Shown: in pieces, positions 9,296 to 20,000 of the stretch
Numbering within the stretch: position 1 is the stretch's first letter
How the letters are laid out: the number at the start of each line of letters is the position of its first letter
Source: a bacterium
Lineage (GTDB): Bacteria > JADJOY01
Direction of reading: 5' to 3'
NCBI GenBank assembly: GCA_046331705.1
Contig: JAXLQJ010000017.1
Span: forward strand, 112,439-132,438
Length of the DNA: 20,000 nucleotides
The notes under the pieces: generated by a model
The model's input: only the letters and a program-made list of their open reading frames with translations
What the model was told of the DNA's origin: nothing
The model's database searches: none
Made by a program: the position numbers and the translations under genes

Positions 9296-10271
9296 CACGT
9301 CCGCACGAGCACGCCGCGGGCGATGGCTTCTCGTCGCGACCCTCGCGCTGGCGCCGTTCGCGCTCGCCGCGACCGCCCGCGCCGTCCCCGTGGCGATCGA
9401 CGATCCCGAGATCGTCGCGGGCATGGACGCGCTCGGCGCCGGCGACGGCGAGCGCGCGCGGACCATCCTGGAACGCGTCGCGCCGCGCCTCACCGCCGAG
9501 TGCAGCGCGCTACGCGAGAGCCTGGACGGCGACGATGCGCGACTCGTGAGCGCGTGCCACGGCGCCGCGAGCGCCTGGATCCACCTCGGTCTCGCGCGCG
9601 GGCTCGGCAGCGACGGCGCGCTCGCGCACCAGGCTTTCACGCGTGGTCTCGCGCTCGAGCCGGCGGCGCTGCCGCGCGCAGCGCTCACTCCCCCCAAGCT
9701 GCGCAAGCTCTTCGAGGCCGCGCGTCAGGCGGCGCTCGGCCGCGAGCAGGCGGCGGACCCCGGCGGCATCGCCGGGATCGAGCATCACCCACCGCTCGTC
9801 GCCACCCGCGGCCAGCCGCTCCCGCTCGACGTGCGCGTCCACGGCGCGTGGACGAAGGGCGGTTCGATCGACGTCGTCTACGTCGTCGCGGGATTCGACC
9901 AACCGCCGGTGCGCGCCCGGCTTCGCCCCGACGGCGCGCTCGCCAGCACGGAGATCCCCGCGGGCGTGCTGCTCGCGAGTCGCGTTCTTCACTACCGCTT
10001 CGACGCCGTCGATTCCGAGGGACGCGTGCACCGCAGCCGCTGGTACCCGGTGTACGTCGTCGAATCGCTCGCCGACGTCGAGCGAGGCATTCGGGACCGG
10101 CTCGCCGACGAGATCGATGGGCCCGCGCTGGCGTCGATCGACCAGCTGCGCGTCGCCAGCGAGCTCGCTTCCGCTACGGCCCTCCCCGATGGCGTGAGTC
10201 CCGTCGCGCGCCGCCCGGAGTCGCCGGATCGCAGCGTCGCCGGCGAGGTCGCCGCCGCGATCTTCCGCTGA
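9288..10271 (+). CDS. Secreted hypothetical protein, TPR-like helical domain + Ig-like domain (327 aa)
   Basis: GGAG RBS. Signal peptide MADTSARARRGRWLLVATLALAPFALAATARA (AxA site). AHQAFTRGLALEP..TPPKLRKLFEAAR is a TPR-like motif. IEHHPP..GQPLPLDVRV...EIPA...LHYRFDAVD is a beta-sandwich pattern. Confidence 0.7.
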   Translation: MADTSARARRGRWLLVATLALAPFALAATARAVPVAIDDPEIVAGMDALGAGDGERARTILERVAPRLTAECSALRESLDGDDARLVSACHGAASAWIHLGLARGLGSDGALAHQAFTRGLALEPAALPRAALTPPKLRKLFEAARQAALGREQAADPGGIAGIEHHPPLVATRGQPLPLDVRVHGAWTKGGSIDVVYVVAGFDQPPVRARLRPDGALASTEIPAGVLLASRVLHYRFDAVDSEGRVHRSRWYPVYVVESLADVERGIRDRLADEIDGPALASIDQLRVASELASATALPDGVSPVARRPESPDRSVAGEVAAAIFR

Positions 10272-10278
10272 TCCGGGG

Positions 10279-12009
10279 CTACGGCCAGGGCCCGGACTTG
10301 GCGCCGTCGCTGTCGAGGGTGAGCGGCGGATCCTCGGAGGCCGGCGGACGCACGCCTGCGGCGCTGATCGTGTACTTGTCGCAGAGCCCGTCGTCGTCCG
10401 TGTCGGTGACCGTGATCGTGTACCAGTAGTCGCTACCGTCCAGCGCGACGCCGAGGTCGGGAAGCTGCGTGCCGGAGTCACTGTAGGTCTTGGATCCCGG
10501 GCAATTGCCCGAGCCGTCGTCGTACGAGAACGAGCCTCCCGAGAAGAGACGCTCGAGGCCGCTGGCGATGGCTTCGACGTTCCGCCGCGCCTGCGCGCGT
10601 GCGTCTGCGATCGGCAACCCCACCGGCGATCCCGGCAAGACGTCGCCATACCCGAGGCGAATCAAGAGGGGCCGCAGAAACACCCGCCAGCCCATGCCCG
10701 CGGAACCCACCGCCAGCAGCGTCAGCGCGAGCCACCAGGCCCAGCTGCTGGAGCGCGACGCACGTCCGCGCCCCGCGCCCGAACGATCCGAGGCGCTCGA
10801 GTCCCCGTCCTCGAACGGAAGCGGCGACGGCGGCGTGAGGTGGTTCGGCGCGATTCGCTGCGGCGGCGCTCCCGCGTGCGAAGCGCTCTCGGGTGGCGGC
10901 ACGAACGGCGTGCGCTGCTCGAAGAACCGCGACTTGCCCCGCAGATCGCTGGCGATCTGGCGGGCGTCCGCGTACCGATCGTCCCGATCCTTCGCGAGCG
11001 CCTTGAGGATCACGCGCTCGATGCGCTCGGGCAGGTCGGGGCGGTGAGCACGCGGCGGGTCCGGCTGCTCGTTCACGTGCATGAGCGCCGTCTCGAGCGG
11101 CGTCGCTCCCTGGAACGGCACGTCGCCGGTGAACATCTGGTAGAGGACGACGCCGAACGAGTAGAGATCGGCGCGGTGGTCGAGCGGGACGCCACGCTTC
11201 GGGTTCGCTTGCTCCGGCGAGATGTAGACCGGCGTGCCGACCATCTGCCCGCTGGCGCTGAGCTGGGTGGTGTCGATCGCCTTGGCGAGACCGAAATCGA
11301 GGATCTTGACGACCCAGCGGGACTCGGGAGCGTCGGGGTCGAGCAACACCGAGCCGAAGCGCGTCGCGGGATCGACCAGAAAGATGTTGTGCGGCTTGAC
11401 GTCGCGATGGATGACACCGCTCGCGTGGGCGTACGCGAGCCCTTGGGCCACCTGGCAGGCGACGTCGATGCCATCGGCGATCGAGAGCGGACCGTGCACC
11501 TGGATCTGGGTCTTGAGGTCGGTCCCCTCCAGGAACTCCATCGACAGGTAGAACACGTCGCCCACGTTTCCGAGGTCGAAGACCTTCAGGATGTTCGGGT
11601 GCGACAGACGTCGTGCGACGCGGGTCTCGTGCTTGAAGCGCTCGACGATGGTCTCGTCGGCGGGGATCAGGCTCGGGTGGATGATCTTGAGCGCGACGGT
11701 CTCGTCCAGGTCGCGATCGTGGGCGCGGTACACGACCCCCATGCCGCCGCGGCCGATCTTCTCGACGATGTCGTAGCGCCCCGCCACCAAGGCCCCGGGC
11801 CGAAAGAGCGAGGCCCCGAAGTCGGCGCCTGCTTCGGTGGGATACGTGGCCCCCGAACCGGACCCCGACCCGGCCGCCGCCGCCGCAGCGGCCGCCGGGT
11901 CGCGCGTCGTCACCGCGTTGCCCGCCGCCACCGGCGCGAGCGCCATGCCGCAGCACGTGCAGACGGCGGCAGCGCCATCGAGCGCGGTATGACAGCGGGG
12001 ACAATCCAT
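10279..12009 (-). CDS. Membrane Hanks-type Ser/Thr protein kinase with N-terminal zinc ribbon and C-terminal pilin-like extracytoplasmic domain (576 aa)
   Basis: CPRC..CTCCG, GRGGMG, VALK, HRDVKPHN, DFG, GTPVYISPEQ, DLYSFG, LAKDRDDRY. TM segment WAWWLALTLLAVGSAGMGW. Confidence 0.93.
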   Translation of the reverse strand: MDCPRCHTALDGAAAVCTCCGMALAPVAAGNAVTTRDPAAAAAAAAGSGSGSGATYPTEAGADFGASLFRPGALVAGRYDIVEKIGRGGMGVVYRAHDRDLDETVALKIIHPSLIPADETIVERFKHETRVARRLSHPNILKVFDLGNVGDVFYLSMEFLEGTDLKTQIQVHGPLSIADGIDVACQVAQGLAYAHASGVIHRDVKPHNIFLVDPATRFGSVLLDPDAPESRWVVKILDFGLAKAIDTTQLSASGQMVGTPVYISPEQANPKRGVPLDHRADLYSFGVVLYQMFTGDVPFQGATPLETALMHVNEQPDPPRAHRPDLPERIERVILKALAKDRDDRYADARQIASDLRGKSRFFEQRTPFVPPPESASHAGAPPQRIAPNHLTPPSPLPFEDGDSSASDRSGAGRGRASRSSSWAWWLALTLLAVGSAGMGWRVFLRPLLIRLGYGDVLPGSPVGLPIADARAQARRNVEAIASGLERLFSGGSFSYDDGSGNCPGSKTYSDSGTQLPDLGVALDGSDYWYTITVTDTDDDGLCDKYTISAAGVRPPASEDPPLTLDSDGAKSGPWP

Positions 12010-12278
12010 GGCGGGTCGGCGGGCGGGAGGAATCGGCTAGCGTGATACAAGCCCGCCCCCAAGCAAAGCCACCGCGACGCACGACCGGGCTCGGTGCCTA
12101 CCGACGGGCACGCGGCCTGCCGCGCGGCGTGCCGGGCGACTCGAGACGGCCGCCCCACTGGCGAGCGCGAAGAAGCGCGTCTCACCTCGCCTTTACGGTG
12201 CGTTTCACTCGGTGGTAGATCCCGAGCCCTTCCCTGCCCTTCGTCTCCCAGCACGCGATTGCCCGCTCGTCCCTCGCG

Positions 12279-13436
12279 ATGGACATCGCCCCCCGCGCGG
12301 TCGCCACGATCGATCTCGACCGGCTGGCGCGCAACCTGGCGCGCATCCGAGAGCGGGTCGGCCCGGCGGTGCGCGTGCTGGGTGTGGTGAAGGCGGACGC
12401 GTACGGCCACGGCATGGCGCCGATCGCGCGGCGGCTGGTCGCCGAGGGCGTGTGGGGGCTCGGCGTGTCCTCGCCGAGCGAAGGGCAGTACCTGCGCGGC
12501 CTCGGTCTCGCTTGCCCGATCGTGGTGCTCGCGGGCGCGCGTCCCAACGAGGCGCGCGCCGTGGTCGAAGAGCGGCTGACGCCGATGATCGACGACGCCA
12601 GCGACGCGCGCGCGCTCGCCGAGGCCGCGAATGCGCTCGGCCGCACGGTGCGCGTCCACGTCAAGGTCGACACCGGCATGGGACGGCTCGGGATCGCGCC
12701 CGACGAGCTGGTGCCGTTCCTCCGCTTCATCCGATCGCTCGGCGGGCTCGAGGTCGAGGGGCTGATGTCCCATCTCTCGGTGGCCGAGGACCCCAGCCTC
12801 GACGCGCGCCGCTTCACGGCGCGTCAGCTCGCCCTCTTCGACGAGAAGATCGACGAGGCGACGCACGCGGGCTTTCGCGTCTCGATGACGCACATCGCCA
12901 ACAGCGGCGGCACGCTCCACCACGCGGTGGGTCGCCACAACTTGGTGCGACCGGGGCTCGCGCTCTACGGTGTCGATCCCGATCCCGCCGCCGCCAGCGC
13001 GCTCGAACCCGTCATGGAGGTGCGCGGCACCGTGCTCAAGGTGCGCGAGGTCCCGACAGGCACGCCGGTGAGCTACCGTCGCCTCTTCGTCACCGAGCGC
13101 CCCACGCGCATCGCCGTGCTCGCCTTCGGTTACGCCGACGGCGTTCCCGTGGCACTCTCCAACCGTGGCCAGGTGGCGATCGGCGGCAAGCGGCATGCGA
13201 TCCGGGGCGCGGTGACGATGGACATGACGCTCGTCGACGTGACCGACTCACCCGAGGTTCGCGCCGGCGACGAAGCGGTGCTCTTCGGCCATGGCGCGGG
13301 CAGTCCCGCGGTCGCGGAGGTCGCGTCCCTCGCCGGCACCATTCCCTACGAGATCCTGTGCTCGGTCGGCCCACGGGTGAAGCGCGTGGTGGTCGCGAGC
13401 GACACGCCCCGGCGCGAAGCAGCCCATGGCCGCTGA
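12279..13436 (+). CDS. alr: Alanine racemase
   Basis: PLP-lysine motif VVKADAYGHG, HVKVDTGMGRLG, LMSHLS, HIANSGG, VRPGLALYG, VSY, GYADG, VTMD, TIPYEILC. Confidence 0.96.
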   Translation: MDIAPRAVATIDLDRLARNLARIRERVGPAVRVLGVVKADAYGHGMAPIARRLVAEGVWGLGVSSPSEGQYLRGLGLACPIVVLAGARPNEARAVVEERLTPMIDDASDARALAEAANALGRTVRVHVKVDTGMGRLGIAPDELVPFLRFIRSLGGLEVEGLMSHLSVAEDPSLDARRFTARQLALFDEKIDEATHAGFRVSMTHIANSGGTLHHAVGRHNLVRPGLALYGVDPDPAAASALEPVMEVRGTVLKVREVPTGTPVSYRRLFVTERPTRIAVLAFGYADGVPVALSNRGQVAIGGKRHAIRGAVTMDMTLVDVTDSPEVRAGDEAVLFGHGAGSPAVAEVASLAGTIPYEILCSVGPRVKRVVVASDTPRREAAHGR

Positions 13437-14220
13437 CGAGATACCGCGGCTGCTCCGCCCGGTTCGCGCGCTGGGCGAGCGGATCGTCGCCTTCGTCACC
13501 GAGGTCGGCGGTGTCGCGTTGCTCTTCGTGCGCGCGCTGCAGTGGATCCCGCGCCGGCCGTTCGGCTTCCAGCTCCTCTTCCAGCAGCTCGAGACCCTCG
13601 GCGTTCAGTCGTTGCCCGTCATCTTGCTCACCGCGGTGTTCACGGGGATGGTGCTCGCGTATCAGAGCTACCAGGGCTTCGTGCGCTTCGGCGCGGAGAG
13701 CTTGGTGGGCACCATCGTCGCGCTCTCGGTGGTGCGCGAGCTGTCGCCGGTGTTCTGCGGCTTGATGCTTTCCGGGCGCGTGGGCGCGGCCATGGCCGCC
13801 GAGCTCGGCACCATGCGCGTCACCGAGCAGATCGATGCGCTGGAAACGCTCGCCACCAACCCGATCAAGTACCTCGTGGTGCCGCGGCTGCTCGCGTGCA
13901 CGATGGCGCTGCCGATCCTGGTGCTGTTCGCGGACCTGGTCGGGATCGGCGGCGGCTACCTCGTGAGCACCAAGCTCCTGGGCGTGGACGAGGGCGTCTA
14001 CATCCAGCGCACCTGGCAATACCTCGAGTGGGCGGACGTGAGGATGGGCCTGGTGAAGTCCCTGGTGTTCGGGATCACCGTGGCGCTCATCGGTTGCTAC
14101 AACGGCTTCTATGCTCGTGGCGGCGCCGAGGGCGTGGGCATCGCGACCACCCGCGCGGTGGTCGTGAGCTCGATCCTGGTGTTCGTGTTCGACTACTTCC
14201 TCACCGTGCTGCTCTTATGA
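13426..14220 (+). CDS. mlaE: MlaE-family ABC transporter permease
   Basis: VRELSPV..GRVGAAMAAELGTMRVTEQIDALETLATNPIKYLVVPR and GGAEGVGIATTRAVV; multiple TM segments. Confidence 0.95.
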   Translation: MAADEIPRLLRPVRALGERIVAFVTEVGGVALLFVRALQWIPRRPFGFQLLFQQLETLGVQSLPVILLTAVFTGMVLAYQSYQGFVRFGAESLVGTIVALSVVRELSPVFCGLMLSGRVGAAMAAELGTMRVTEQIDALETLATNPIKYLVVPRLLACTMALPILVLFADLVGIGGGYLVSTKLLGVDEGVYIQRTWQYLEWADVRMGLVKSLVFGITVALIGCYNGFYARGGAEGVGIATTRAVVVSSILVFVFDYFLTVLLL

Positions 14221-15008
14221 CTCGCGACGACGACGAGTACGTGGTCCTCAAGGGGTTGAGGAAGAGCTTCGGCCGCAAGCAGGTCCTCGACGGCCTGGAT
14301 CTCACCGTCAAGCGCGGCGAGAGCATGGTGGTGATCGGCGGCAGCGGCACCGGCAAGAGCGTCCTCATCAAGTGCATCCAGGGCCTGCTCGCGCCCGACG
14401 CCGGCGAGATCTGGATCAAGGGTCGCGAGCAACGTACGATACCGGCCCGCGAGCTCAACGAGCTGCGCAAACGTTGGGGGATGCTCTTCCAGTACGCCGC
14501 GCTCTTCGACTCGTTGCCGGTCTGGCTCAACGTCGGCTTCGGGCTCAAGCAGCACACCAAGCTCTCGACCGCCGAGATCCGCGCGATCGCCATCGAGAAG
14601 CTCCGTCAGGTCGGGCTCACCCAGGTCGAGGACATGATGCCCGCCGACCTCTCCGGCGGCATGAAGAAGCGCGTGGGGCTGGCCCGTGCCATCGCGATGG
14701 ATCCGGAGTTCCTCTTCTACGACGAGCCGACCACCGGCCTCGACCCGATCATGGCCGACGTCATCAACGAGCTGATCGTGGGGCTCAATCACGGCCTCGC
14801 GGTCACCTCGATCGCGATCACCCACGACATGGCGAGTGCCTACAAGATCGCGGACCGCATCGCCATGCTCTACCAGGGGAAGATCCACTTCGTGGGCACC
14901 CCGGACGAGATCCGCGCCACCCCGGATGCGATCGTGCAGCAGTTCATCCAGGGACGCGCGGAAGGTCCCATCACCGACGCGCTCAAGCGCGACTGGGGGG
15001 CGGCGTGA
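14217..15008 (+). CDS. mlaF: MlaF-family ABC transporter ATP-binding protein
   Basis: GGSGTGKS, MLFQYAALFDSL, LSGGMKKRVGLARA, YDEPTTGLDP, ITHD. ATGA overlap at 14217. Confidence 0.95.
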   Translation: MTRDDDEYVVLKGLRKSFGRKQVLDGLDLTVKRGESMVVIGGSGTGKSVLIKCIQGLLAPDAGEIWIKGREQRTIPARELNELRKRWGMLFQYAALFDSLPVWLNVGFGLKQHTKLSTAEIRAIAIEKLRQVGLTQVEDMMPADLSGGMKKRVGLARAIAMDPEFLFYDEPTTGLDPIMADVINELIVGLNHGLAVTSIAITHDMASAYKIADRIAMLYQGKIHFVGTPDEIRATPDAIVQQFIQGRAEGPITDALKRDWGAA

Positions 15009-16531
15009 GACGCGGCCCGATCGAGCTCTACGTGGGCCTCTTCGCCATGGCGGGGCTCGCGATCCTGATCTTCTTCACCGTCAAGGTGGGCTCGGCGTCG
15101 CTCGGCAAGGAGTACACGGTGCCGATCACCGCGTCGTTCGCGCAGGCGAGCGGGGTCGAGCCGCGCACCCCGGTCAAGCTCGCCGGCGTCAAGGTCGGCG
15201 AGGTCTCCGACATTCGCATCGAGAACAACCGCGCGAAGCTGACGCTGGCGCTCAAGCCCGACGTGGCCATCCCCAGCGACTCGCGCGCCGAGGTGAAGAC
15301 GCTGGGGCTGATCGGCGAGACCTACATCCAGCTCGTGCCCGGCACCAGCACGCAGACCCTCGCCAAGGGCGGCGCGATCGCCAACACCGCCGAGCCGACC
15401 GACATCGAGGCGCTGCTCGGCAGCCTGACGGGCGTGGGCGACAACCTCAAGGCGATCACCGACAGCCTGCGCAACGTGATCGCGAGAGAGCAGACCGAGA
15501 CCGACCTGAAGGAGATCGTCTCCAACGTGCGGGCGCTCACCGCCGGGCTCAAGGAGGTCGTGGATCACAGCGGCGGCAAGATCGACTCGGTGCTCGCCAA
15601 CCTCGACCAGATGACCGGCGGCGCGCGCGACGTGATCACCGAGAACCGCGAGGACCTGCACCAGCTCATCGCGAGCTTCCGGCACGTCTCGGAGCAGCTC
15701 GACCAGATCCTCGCGGCCAATCGCGGGAACGTCGACTCGAGCCTGGCGTCGGTGCGCGAGGCCACCCAGAAGCTCGACCAGACGCTCGCGTCGACGTCGT
15801 CGATCATGGACAAGATCGACAAGGGTCAGGGCACCATCGGGAAGCTCGTCAACGACGACGCCATCGGCAACAAGGTGGGCGACAGCCTGGACTCGCTCGG
15901 TGACCTGCTGGGCACGCCGCGCCGGCTTCAGACCTCCTTCGGCTACCGCGGCGAGTGGTTGGCGAGCTCGGAAGAAGCCAAGAACTACCTGAGCGTCAAG
16001 ATCCAGCCGCGCCGCGATCGCTTCTATCTGCTCGAGTTCGTGTCGAACCCGCTGGTGCGCGTTCGCGACGTCACGACCGTCGAGGAGACCACCGTCGAGG
16101 GCAACCCGCCCTTCACCACCGGCCCGCCGCCCTACCACTACACCACGACCACGCGGAAGCTGAGCGCCAAGGACGACAACCTCCAGTTCTCGGCGCAGAT
16201 CGCCCAGCGCGTCGACGACTTGGTGCTGCGCGGCGGGATCATCGAGTCCAGCGGCGGTGTGGGCGCCGACTACCTGCTCTTCGACGACCGGCTCAGCCTC
16301 GACGTGGACGCCTTCGACTTCGCGCCCGACGACCGCGACAACTTCAACCTGAAGCTCGGGGCGCGCTTTCAGTTCTACCCGAACCTCTACGTCCTGGGTG
16401 GCGTCGACGACGTCCTCAACGATCGCACCAAGTTCGAGACCGGACGCAGCGCGTTCCTCGGCGCCGGCTTCACGTTCACCGACGAGGACTTGAAAACGCT
16501 GCTGCTCAAGGCTCCAATCCCCGGCTTCTGA
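15005..16531 (+). CDS. mlaD: Long MlaD/MCE protein: TM-MCE-helical region-C-terminal beta-rich domain (508 aa)
   Basis: GTGA overlap at 15005. N-terminal [21 protein letters not shown] motifs [11 protein letters not shown] and [15 protein letters not shown]. Heptad-rich middle region, then [11 protein letters not shown] and alternating-pattern beta strands. Confidence 0.9.
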   Translation: MRRGPIELYVGLFAMAGLAILIFFTVKVGSASLGKEYTVPITASFAQASGVEPRTPVKLAGVKVGEVSDIRIENNRAKLTLALKPDVAIPSDSRAEVKTLGLIGETYIQLVPGTSTQTLAKGGAIANTAEPTDIEALLGSLTGVGDNLKAITDSLRNVIAREQTETDLKEIVSNVRALTAGLKEVVDHSGGKIDSVLANLDQMTGGARDVITENREDLHQLIASFRHVSEQLDQILAANRGNVDSSLASVREATQKLDQTLASTSSIMDKIDKGQGTIGKLVNDDAIGNKVGDSLDSLGDLLGTPRRLQTSFGYRGEWLASSEEAKNYLSVKIQPRRDRFYLLEFVSNPLVRVRDVTTVEETTVEGNPPFTTGPPPYHYTTTTRKLSAKDDNLQFSAQIAQRVDDLVLRGGIIESSGGVGADYLLFDDRLSLDVDAFDFAPDDRDNFNLKLGARFQFYPNLYVLGGVDDVLNDRTKFETGRSAFLGAGFTFTDEDLKTLLLKAPIPGF

Positions 16532-16646
16532 GCGGCTTCACCCCCCAGTGGTTCCCCGCGGCGCCCGTCGCGCCGTGGGCTTGGTCCATCGAGGCGCGGC
16601 GCCGGCGGCACCGCCGTCCGGCGAGTCACGAGAGAGGAGTCGACCG

Positions 16647-18200
16647 ATGCAGAAGGTGTCGCGGGCGCTGGTGAGCGTTTCCAACAAGGACGGAGTCGTG
16701 GAATTCGGCCGCGGGCTCGCGGCGCTCGGCATCGAGATCCTCTCGACCGGCGGCACCGCCAAGACCCTCGCCGACGCGGGCGTTCCGGTCACCAAGGTCT
16801 CCGCGGTGACCGGCTTCCCCGAGATCCTCGGCGGACGTGTGAAGACGCTGCACCCCAAGATCCACGGGGGGATCCTGGGCCGGCCGGGGCTCGAGAGCGA
16901 CCGTGCCGAGATGGAACGCGAGGGCATCACGCCCATCGGCATCGTCGCGGTGAACCTCTACCCGTTCGAGGCCACCATCGCGAAGGCCGGCGTCACGCGC
17001 GAGGAAGCCGTCGAGCAGATCGACATCGGCGGGCCGGCGATGGTGCGCGCCTCGGCGAAGAACCACGCGTGGGTCGCGGTGGTCGTCGATCCCACCGACT
17101 ACGCGACGGTGCTCGCGGAGCTTGAGAACGGAGGTGTGGTCGGCGAGCCGACGCGACGGCGTCTCGCGGGCAAGGCGTTCGCGCACACCGCCGCGTACGA
17201 TGCCGCGATCGCCGCCTACCTGGCTCGCGAGGAAGCGGGCGATCCCAACGCGCTACCCGAGCGCGCGATCCTGGCGCTCACCAAGGTGCAGGGGCTGCGC
17301 TACGGCGAGAACCCGCACCAGCGCGCGGCGCTCTACCGCACGGGCCCGGCACTCGCCGGCACGCTGGTCGCAGCCAAGCAGCTCCAGGGAAAGGAGCTCT
17401 CGTTCAACAACCTGCTGGACCTCGAGGCGGCGCTGCGAATCGCGAAGGACCTCGCCGATCCCGCGGCGGTCATCATCAAGCACAACAACCCGTGCGGCGT
17501 GGCGCGCCACGCGACCTCGCTCGCCGAGGCGTATCGAAACGCGCGCGCCACCGATCCCGATTCCGCGTTCGGCGGTGTGGTCGGGCTCAACCGCGCCGTC
17601 GATGCGGAGACCGCCCAGGAGATCGGATCGACCTTCATCGAGGCCGTGATCGCGCCGAGCTTCTCGGCCGAGGCGCGCGACGCGCTCGCCAAGAAGACCA
17701 ATCTGCGGCTGCTCGAGCTCGCGTTCGACGCGCCCAGCACGGCCGGCTTCGATCTGAAGCCGGTCTCTGGCGGGCTGCTGCTCCAGGACGCCGACGCGGG
17801 AACGCTCGCCGCATGCGAGCTCAAGGTGGTCACGCAGCGACAGCCGAGCGACGCGGAATGGGAAGCCCTGCGCTTCGCCTGGGTGGTGGTGAAGCACGTG
17901 AAGTCGAACGCCATCGTGTACGCGAACGCGAACCAGACGGTCGGCATCGGCGCCGGTCAGATGAGCCGTGTCGACTCGTCGCGAATCGCGGTGTCGAAGG
18001 CGCGGCTGCCGCTGGTGGGCACCGTGCTCGCCTCCGACGCGTTCTTCCCGTTCCGCGACGGCGTCGACGCCGCCGCCAAGGCGGGGGCCACCGCGGTGAT
18101 CCAGCCGGGCGGCTCGGTGCGCGACGAAGAGGTGATCGCCGCGGCCAACGAGCACGGCATGGCGATGGTGTTCACCGGCATGCGTCACTTCAAGCATTGA
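16647..18200 (+). CDS. purH: Bifunctional AICAR transformylase / IMP cyclohydrolase
   Basis: GAGGAG RBS before ATG 16647. [66 protein letters not shown]. Confidence 0.98.
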   Translation: MQKVSRALVSVSNKDGVVEFGRGLAALGIEILSTGGTAKTLADAGVPVTKVSAVTGFPEILGGRVKTLHPKIHGGILGRPGLESDRAEMEREGITPIGIVAVNLYPFEATIAKAGVTREEAVEQIDIGGPAMVRASAKNHAWVAVVVDPTDYATVLAELENGGVVGEPTRRRLAGKAFAHTAAYDAAIAAYLAREEAGDPNALPERAILALTKVQGLRYGENPHQRAALYRTGPALAGTLVAAKQLQGKELSFNNLLDLEAALRIAKDLADPAAVIIKHNNPCGVARHATSLAEAYRNARATDPDSAFGGVVGLNRAVDAETAQEIGSTFIEAVIAPSFSAEARDALAKKTNLRLLELAFDAPSTAGFDLKPVSGGLLLQDADAGTLAACELKVVTQRQPSDAEWEALRFAWVVVKHVKSNAIVYANANQTVGIGAGQMSRVDSSRIAVSKARLPLVGTVLASDAFFPFRDGVDAAAKAGATAVIQPGGSVRDEEVIAAANEHGMAMVFTGMRHFKH

Positions 18201-18207
18201 GGGCGAC

Positions 18208-19497
<1,290 letters not shown>

Positions 19498-19518
19498 GCA
19501 GGCGCTCGGCGGCGAGCA

Positions 19519-20000
19519 CTACTCGAGCAGCGCTTCGGCAACGATCGGCTCGGGTGGCGTCGGTGTAAGCCAGAGCGCTGCCAGATCCAGCTCGATCGCG
19601 TCGAAGGGCTCGGCGCGAACCGTCTCGCCGCCCGCGTGCGTGCCGGCGATCAGCCAATTCGCGCCGTCGCGCCGCAACACCTCCAGCGTCCGCACCTCGG
19701 GATCGACGAGCCACGCGTGGCTCACGCCCTCGCGGGCATGGATGCGGAGCTTGCGGACGCGATCCAGGCCAGCGGTCGAAGGCGACAGCACCTCGCACAC
19801 CCAGTCCGGGGCGATCGTCAGGTAGGCACCACCGGGCAATTGCGGAACCCGATCGCGGCGCCAACCGGCCAGATCCGGCACCAGGACGTCGCGGCCGAAG
19901 AGTAGCTCCGGCTCGTACAGGAGCCACCAACCGCCCGGCCCGCCGCGACCGCGGCCGAACCCGATCTCGAGGTTCGCGCTCAACACCGAAGCCGCGCGCT
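19519..20000 (-). CDS. Uma2 / DUF820 family PD-(D/E)XK-like protein, 5' end outside window
   Basis: EPEL..VPDLAGWRR, APDWVCEVLSPST..DR..K, AWLVDP. Frame is open to the window edge. Confidence 0.9.
   Translation of the reverse strand, partial: RAASVLSANLEIGFGRGRGGPGGWWLLYEPELLFGRDVLVPDLAGWRRDRVPQLPGGAYLTIAPDWVCEVLSPSTAGLDRVRKLRIHAREGVSHAWLVDPEVRTLEVLRRDGANWLIAGTHAGGETVRAEPFDAIELDLAALWLTPTPPEPIVAEALLE

Noticed and set aside
16532-16646. Possible ZMP/ZTP (pfl) riboswitch upstream of purH
   Set aside because: GC hairpins are present, and GCCCGTCGCGCCGTGGGC loosely recalls the 3' stem. The required 5' GACUGGCG...GGGGAGC elements are missing on the sense strand. An Infernal search with the pfl model would settle it.
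19519-20000. Uma2/DUF820 gene as part of a defence system
   Set aside because: This family is commonly found as scattered paralogues. No methylase or other defence gene is visible, and the gene is truncated by the window edge.

Overview
Very GC-rich bacterial window. The gene repertoire suggests a Myxococcota/deltaproteobacteria-like organism (inference). From left to right: a 5'-truncated REC-GGDEF-EAL gene; a minus-strand DUF721/DciA-like + TetR pair; an ~9 kb accessory signalling island (3061-12009); housekeeping genes alr-mlaE-mlaF-mlaD (long form) and purH-purD; and a truncated Uma2/DUF820 gene. The island is the interesting part. It starts with a sensor-less histidine kinase, an intact NtrC-type sigma54 activator and a translationally coupled, catalytically degenerate second activator. 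A near-consensus sigma54 (-24/-12) promoter follows, ahead of an envelope operon: a lipoprotein, a C-lobe-only membrane pseudokinase whose TPR-PEGA ectodomain lies behind a single in-frame TAG, and a secreted TPR/Ig-like protein. Convergent on this operon is an intact Hanks-type Ser/Thr kinase whose extracytoplasmic domain resembles a type IV pilin head. All calls come from reading motifs by eye; no searches were run.
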